Part shown: one piece after another, positions 25,643 to 29,425 of the stretch
Layout: each line of letters begins with the position of its first letter
Numbering within the stretch: the first letter of the stretch is position 1
DNA from: a virus
Lineage: Duplodnaviria > Caudoviricetes
IMG/VR virus record: IMGVR_UViG_3300049173_000069
Span: 1-29,425 of that record
Strand: one strand, 5' to 3'
DNA: 29,425 nucleotides
Notes under the pieces: generated by a model
What the model was told of the DNA's origin: nothing
Seen by the model: only the letters and a program-made list of their open reading frames with translations
Database searches by the model: none
Position numbers and translations under genes: made by a program

Positions 25643-26284
25643 ATGATTCGTACAGCAGTGTTCGACGTCGGCGAGACCATCACCCGCGACGACCGCTACT
25701 GGGCCTCATGGGCCGACTGGCTCGGCGTCCCGCGCCACACTCTCTCCGCGCTTGTCGGCGCCGTCGTGGCACAGGGCCGTGACAACGCCGACGCGTTGCG
25801 GCTCGCCCGCCCCGGGATCGACATCGCAGCCGAGTACCACGCCCGCGAAGCCGCCGGCCTCGGCGAGACTCTCGACGAGACCGACCTGTACGACGACGTC
25901 CGCCCAGCCCTCTCCAGGCTGCGCGAGCTGGGCGTTCGTGTCGTCATCGCGGGTAACCAGACGCCCCGTGCGGGTGATCTCTTGCGTGGCCTGGACCTGC
26001 CTGCCGACCTGATCGTGACATCCGGCGAGTGGGGCGTGGCCAAGCCGCAGCCTGCATTCTTCGAGCGGGTGCTGGAGGTGGCACAGGCTGCGCCCGAGGA
26101 GACGGTGTACGTCGGCGACCATCCGGCCAACGACCTGTTCCCCGCCACGGCGGCCGGGTTGCGGGCGGCACATCTGCGTCGCGGCCCGTGGGGGCATCTG
26201 TGGGCTGACGCCCCGGAGGTCGTAGCGCGGGCAGACTGGCGGATCGACAGCCTCAGCGAACTCGCGCCGGTCATCGCACCCTGA
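25643..26284 (+). CDS. HAD-superfamily hydrolase
   Basis: Motif I VFDVGET, GN at motif II, GVAKP, YVGD...ND, AGL. Confidence 0.9.
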   Translation: MIRTAVFDVGETITRDDRYWASWADWLGVPRHTLSALVGAVVAQGRDNADALRLARPGIDIAAEYHAREAAGLGETLDETDLYDDVRPALSRLRELGVRVVIAGNQTPRAGDLLRGLDLPADLIVTSGEWGVAKPQPAFFERVLEVAQAAPEETVYVGDHPANDLFPATAAGLRAAHLRRGPWGHLWADAPEVVARADWRIDSLSELAPVIAP

Positions 26285-26296
26285 CCGGGCAACGAG

Positions 26297-26328
26297 ACGG
26301 CCCCGCCACCCAAGACAGGCGGGGCCGT
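26297..26328 (+). terminator. Terminator hairpin after the HAD gene
   Basis: 11-bp perfect stem ACGGCCCCGCC / GGCGGGGCCGT. Confidence 0.75.
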
Positions 26329-26392
26329 TCGCGCACACGCGGTGTTTCCACGCGGGTACGGTTCGGAGTGGACGCACCGAACGGGAGACAGT

Positions 26393-27574
26393 ATGCCCGC
26401 CATCACCACACGCGAGGTAGGCCAGCGCATCGCCACCATCCGGCAAGCCCGCCGGATGACGCAAAGAGACCTCGCCGCCTCAGCTTTCCTGTCCCTCTCT
26501 ATGGTCAAGGCCATCGAACGCGGCGCGAGATCGCCGAGCGATGACGCCCTCGACGCTCTCGCCGCGGCCCTGGCCGTCGATCCCAGCCACATCGTCACCG
26601 GTAACTCGCGCACGGACAGCCGCGTGCACGCCGCGATCCCCGCCATCAGCGCCACCATCGCCGCCTACGACCTCCCCACCGATGCCCCTACCCGGACTCT
26701 GACGGAACTTCACGACGCGGTCCACGAAGCCGTGAACTGGCGCCTCGCCGCCCAGTACGCACAGATCGCCATCCACATCCCCAGCCTCCTCGACGACACA
26801 CTCCGCACCCTGCACCACAGCCACGGAGCCCAGCGCCTGCAAGCCGCCCAGCTCCTCGCCTCCACCGCCCGCACAGCCGACGCTGTCGCCTACAAGTACG
26901 GCCACCACGACCTCTCAGCTCGGTTGATCGACCTCATGCGATGGGCTGCCGACCACACCGAAGACCCGCTCACCCAGGCCAGCGCCGCCTACGTGCGCAC
27001 CGAAACCTTCTTCGCCGCGCGCGCCCACAGCGCCGGACTGTGCGCCCTGGAACGCGCCATCGATGCGAGCCCGAGCCCCCGCGGCCCGGATACGACCGCC
27101 GCGCGCGGCGCCCTGCATATGCGGGCCGCGGTCATCGCAGGCCGGGCCGGGGACGGCACGGCAGCCGCCACTCACCTGGACGAGGCCCGCCAGCTCGGCG
27201 ACACGGTGCGTGAAGGGGAGTACGGGGGGACGGCGTTCGGCCCGGACTCGGTTCGCGCCCACGAGGTATCCGTCGCAGTCAGCTTGGGTGGCGATCACAT
27301 CTCCCGCGCTCTCACCGTGGCTCGCGAGTGGACACCGCCAACCGACCTGCCCGCAGAGCGGCAGTCAGGGTTCTGGATCGAACTCGCCCGCGCCCAGCTG
27401 TGGGCGGGCCTGGCCGACGACTCGTTCGAGTCACTGAAGGTCGCCCGACTGATCGCCCCGCAGCACACCCGCGAGCACCCCTGGGCCCGCGAAACGGCCG
27501 CCACCCTGCGCCGCCTGCGCCGCGCGGACGCCGAGTCCCTCACCGCTTTCGCCGAGTGGGTCGGCGCCGTCTGA
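26393..27574 (+). CDS. XRE-family HTH regulator with long helical (TPR-like) C-terminal domain
   Basis: GGGAG RBS, ATG 26393; VGQRIATIRQARRMTQRDLA...SLSMVKAIERG; GALHMRAAV, FGP, ERQS..WIELARA, APQHTR motifs. Confidence 0.85.
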   Translation: MPAITTREVGQRIATIRQARRMTQRDLAASAFLSLSMVKAIERGARSPSDDALDALAAALAVDPSHIVTGNSRTDSRVHAAIPAISATIAAYDLPTDAPTRTLTELHDAVHEAVNWRLAAQYAQIAIHIPSLLDDTLRTLHHSHGAQRLQAAQLLASTARTADAVAYKYGHHDLSARLIDLMRWAADHTEDPLTQASAAYVRTETFFAARAHSAGLCALERAIDASPSPRGPDTTAARGALHMRAAVIAGRAGDGTAAATHLDEARQLGDTVREGEYGGTAFGPDSVRAHEVSVAVSLGGDHISRALTVAREWTPPTDLPAERQSGFWIELARAQLWAGLADDSFESLKVARLIAPQHTREHPWARETAATLRRLRRADAESLTAFAEWVGAV

Positions 27575-27587
27575 CGATGCCCCAACC

Positions 27588-27628
27588 AGGGGATACAAGG
27601 GGACACACACTGTGTCCCTTGTGCCCCT
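27588..27628. promoter_or_regulatory. Imperfect inverted repeat (core GGGACA-N7-TGTCCC), putative operator
   Basis: AGGGGATACAAGGGGACACA-CAC-TGTGTCCCTTGTGCCCCT, between the regulator and the Zn-microprotein operon. Confidence 0.65.
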
Positions 27629-27681
27629 TGTAGACGGCCATGCTCTCCCTGTCCGCACAACCAGGCAGAGGGGAACGGAGC

Positions 27682-27864
27682 ATGCCCGACACAGATACGG
27701 TCTCACCGGTCCGGATGAGCGGGCCGGTGAGTATCGCCCGCCTCCACGGCCGCGCCTGCTTCGACTGCGGCGCCGTCGCCAAGGACCTCGCCCCGGCCGG
27801 CACGGTGACGGTGCCGGGCAGCGACCGCGAGTGGCCGATCGTGACGTGTGGGTGCCGGCCATGA
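27682..27864 (+). CDS. Small Cys-rich protein (CxxC...CxC), 60 aa
   Basis: GAGGGG/GGAG RBS; GRACFDCG...VTCGC. Confidence 0.65.
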   Translation: MPDTDTVSPVRMSGPVSIARLHGRACFDCGAVAKDLAPAGTVTVPGSDREWPIVTCGCRP

Positions 27865-28184
27865 CCAGCACCACCGACAGCCCGCTCTTGCTCCTCACTC
27901 TGCCCGCTCTTGACGGGCTGTCACAGGAGCAGGTACGCGGCGCGGCATGCATCTGGTGCAGCGTCTGCCTCGACACGGCCACGGCTGTCGATCTGGGGGA
28001 GCGCCGCCACAAGCGCCTGGACGGGAACTACAGCACTTTCCCCCGCAGCTGCCGCCCCTGCGTCGCCGAGGCCGCCCGCGCCACGATCACCTGCCACGCC
28101 GGAAGCTGTGAGCAGTGCACGGACGACGCCTCCGGCTGCGAGACACGCGCCGAACTGGAGCTCCTCGCACGGGAGGGACGATGA
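27861..28184 (+). CDS. Double Zn-finger-like small protein, 107 aa
   Basis: ATGA overlap; QVRGAACIWC...DLG...FPRSCRPC and HAGSCEQC...C. Confidence 0.75.
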   Translation: MTSTTDSPLLLLTLPALDGLSQEQVRGAACIWCSVCLDTATAVDLGERRHKRLDGNYSTFPRSCRPCVAEAARATITCHAGSCEQCTDDASGCETRAELELLAREGR

Positions 28185-28360
28185 CGGTCGATACCGTGAC
28201 CCCCGCAGGGGAGGCGTTCGTCGTCCTCGCAGATCACTGCATCCTCTGCCCCGGCTGCAAGGTCGACCTCGGCCAGCCGGACGAGCCCCCTGAATGCCCG
28301 CAAGCCATGGAGTTGTACCGGGCCTGGTTCATTCTCTGGCGCAAGGAGATCCGACGGTGA
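28181..28360 (+). CDS. Small His/Cys-rich protein (HxxxCxxC...C), 59 aa
   Basis: ATGA overlap, GGAGG RBS; DHCILCPGC...ECPQAMELYRAW. Confidence 0.7.
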   Translation: MTVDTVTPAGEAFVVLADHCILCPGCKVDLGQPDEPPECPQAMELYRAWFILWRKEIRR

Positions 28361-28512
28361 AGATCTGCTTCAGCTGCGACAAACCGATGCGCGACAACGA
28401 GGCCAAGGCCCTCCCCAAGACCTCGGCATCGGGCCCCGGTACGACCCTCTACTTCCACAAGGTGCCGTGCAAGCCGAAGCCCCACCAGGGCACGCCCGCG
28501 CGGCGACACTGA
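28357..28512 (+). CDS. Small Zn-finger protein (CxxC...HxxxC), 51 aa
   Basis: GTGA overlap, AAGGAG RBS; ICFSCDKP...SASGPG...FHKVPC. Confidence 0.7.
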   Translation: MKICFSCDKPMRDNEAKALPKTSASGPGTTLYFHKVPCKPKPHQGTPARRH

Positions 28513-28588
28513 CCCCCGCCATCGGCTCGCGCCGACGCCGATAGCGGGACGCGCGGCCGCCCCGTACGCCCCGTGACGGGTGGCCGCG

Positions 28589-28628
28589 GGTCCGCCGCCG
28601 GTTGCTCCCCTGTGGCCGGCGGCGGGCC
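28589..28628 (+). terminator. Long GC hairpin between convergent transcripts
   Basis: 17-bp stem including G-U pairs that form only in the plus-strand RNA. Confidence 0.65.
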
Positions 28629-28630
28629 AT

Positions 28631-28864
28631 TCAGCGCACGAGATCGGACAGCGGGATGTCGAGCGCACCCGCGATGAGGATCAGATGGTCGATCAGCGTT
28701 GCGTGGGTGCCCTGTTCGATCCGGTTGATCGTCTTGCGGTCGAGGTCGACGAGTTCGCCGAGCTTCTCCTGGCTGAGTCTGCGCGCGGTACGGGCGGCGC
28801 GGACGTGATCCCCGATGGCCTGTCGGCGGGTGATGACCCAAGCGGGCAGGGGATCGGTTGGCAC
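28631..28864 (-). CDS. Small XRE-family HTH repressor (77 aa)
   Basis: IGDHVRAARTARRLSQEKLGELVDLDRKTINRIEQG...LIAGALDIPLSDLV. Confidence 0.9.
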   Translation of the reverse strand: MPTDPLPAWVITRRQAIGDHVRAARTARRLSQEKLGELVDLDRKTINRIEQGTHATLIDHLILIAGALDIPLSDLVR

Positions 28865-28877
28865 CCGTCAACGTTGT

Positions 28878-28915
28878 CGATCACCGTGATCGTTGTCTGT
28901 ACCATCCATGGGACA
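28878..28915. promoter_or_regulatory. Two palindromes upstream of the small XRE gene
   Basis: CGATCAC-C-GTGATCG (28878-28892, perfect) and TGTACCAT-CC-ATGGGACA (28898-28915, one mismatch). Confidence 0.55.
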
Positions 28916-29073
28916 AAATGAGTGCGCTACCCATCGGAAGCGCAAGTTCTGCTCATATAAAACGCCCGTTCGAGTGACGTGATCATTACCCCATTGTCAA
29001 CAGCATGTTTCTAGCCAACGATTAACCCTCGCGCCCCCCACGCGTCCCCCCACCCATCAGCACCAGGTGACAG

Positions 29074-29319
29074 ATGAACGACGAGTATGCCCGGACCGCT
29101 CCGGGGCGCCTCACCAACTCTCAAACCACACGCGTCGACTACGCCCGCCGCGACCTCGAATATGCCCGCTCCGAAGACCTCGCCCAACTCCCAGCCGCCA
29201 GCCTCATACTCCTCGTTGAGCGCCTACGCGGACGCCTCGGCGACATGCTGGACCTCATCGGAGAAGTCTGCGCCGCCGAGCAGCCTGGCCAGCGGGACCC
29301 CACAAGAGACAACCCCTAA
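29074..29319 (+). CDS. Hypothetical helical protein (81 aa), divergent from the small XRE gene
   Basis: AGGTG RBS before ATG 29074; amphipathic helix LILLVERLRGRLGDMLDLI. Confidence 0.7.
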   Translation: MNDEYARTAPGRLTNSQTTRVDYARRDLEYARSEDLAQLPAASLILLVERLRGRLGDMLDLIGEVCAAEQPGQRDPTRDNP

Positions 29320-29379
29320 GCCACTTTGTGGCTCCACAATCACCCTTAGGGATCGTTCAGTTCCGGTAGCATCACCCGC

Positions 29380-29425
29380 ATGCCGTACGCGCCCGAGTAC
29401 CTGCACATGGTCTTCCCCGGCGTCC
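29380..29425 (+). CDS. Start of a probable serine integrase/recombinase (3'-truncated by the window)
   Basis: TAGCAT -10 box at 29367-29372, 7 nt before ATG; MPYAPEYLHMVFPGV resembles N-termini I recall from Streptomyces prophage recombinases. Only 15 codons are visible. Confidence 0.4.
   Translation, partial: MPYAPEYLHMVFPGV

Larger units (their letters stand above)
1..29425 (+). mobile_element. Temperate siphophage / prophage of a Streptomyces-like host (late region plus accessory end)
   Basis: Complete and apparently intact packaging-head-tail-lysis gene order; neither attachment site is visible in the window. Confidence 0.93.

Noticed and set aside
1-29425. bldA-dependent TTA codons, tRNA genes and att sites
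   Set aside because: The TTA trinucleotides I checked are out of frame or intergenic; no cloverleaf or att core was recognisable by eye.

Overview
High-GC actinobacterial (Streptomyces-like) temperate siphophage or prophage segment, almost entirely on the + strand. Order: membrane-protein cluster (1-1510), DUF732-like lipoprotein, terminase small and large subunits, portal, minor capsid, scaffold, major capsid, four putative head-accessory genes, head-tail joining genes, tail tube, tail assembly chaperone with a -1 frameshift, tape measure, a 1469-aa multi-domain tail-tip protein, lysis cassette (amidase endolysin, NxTPH protein, holin, two membrane proteins), then an accessory/regulatory end (HAD hydrolase, XRE-HTH plus helical-repeat regulator, four small Cys/His-rich proteins, small XRE repressor) and the start of a probable serine integrase. 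The most unusual signals are: (i) five hairpins with a conserved CWGGY loop directly upstream of the scaffold gene, plus a sixth degenerate copy that contains its ribosome-binding site; (ii) a counter-oriented leaderless Zn-ribbon gene in the head module behind a TGTCAG-N10-TACCTT (PafBC/RecA-NDp-type) promoter; (iii) an NxTPH protein in the lysis cassette that may be a Crn4-like ring nuclease; (iv) a HAD + XRE-helical-repeat + Zn-microprotein regulatory module; (v) a TraB-like winged-helix membrane protein whose 3' end carries clt-like 8-bp repeats. All family assignments come from motif recognition and synteny by eye; no database searches were run.
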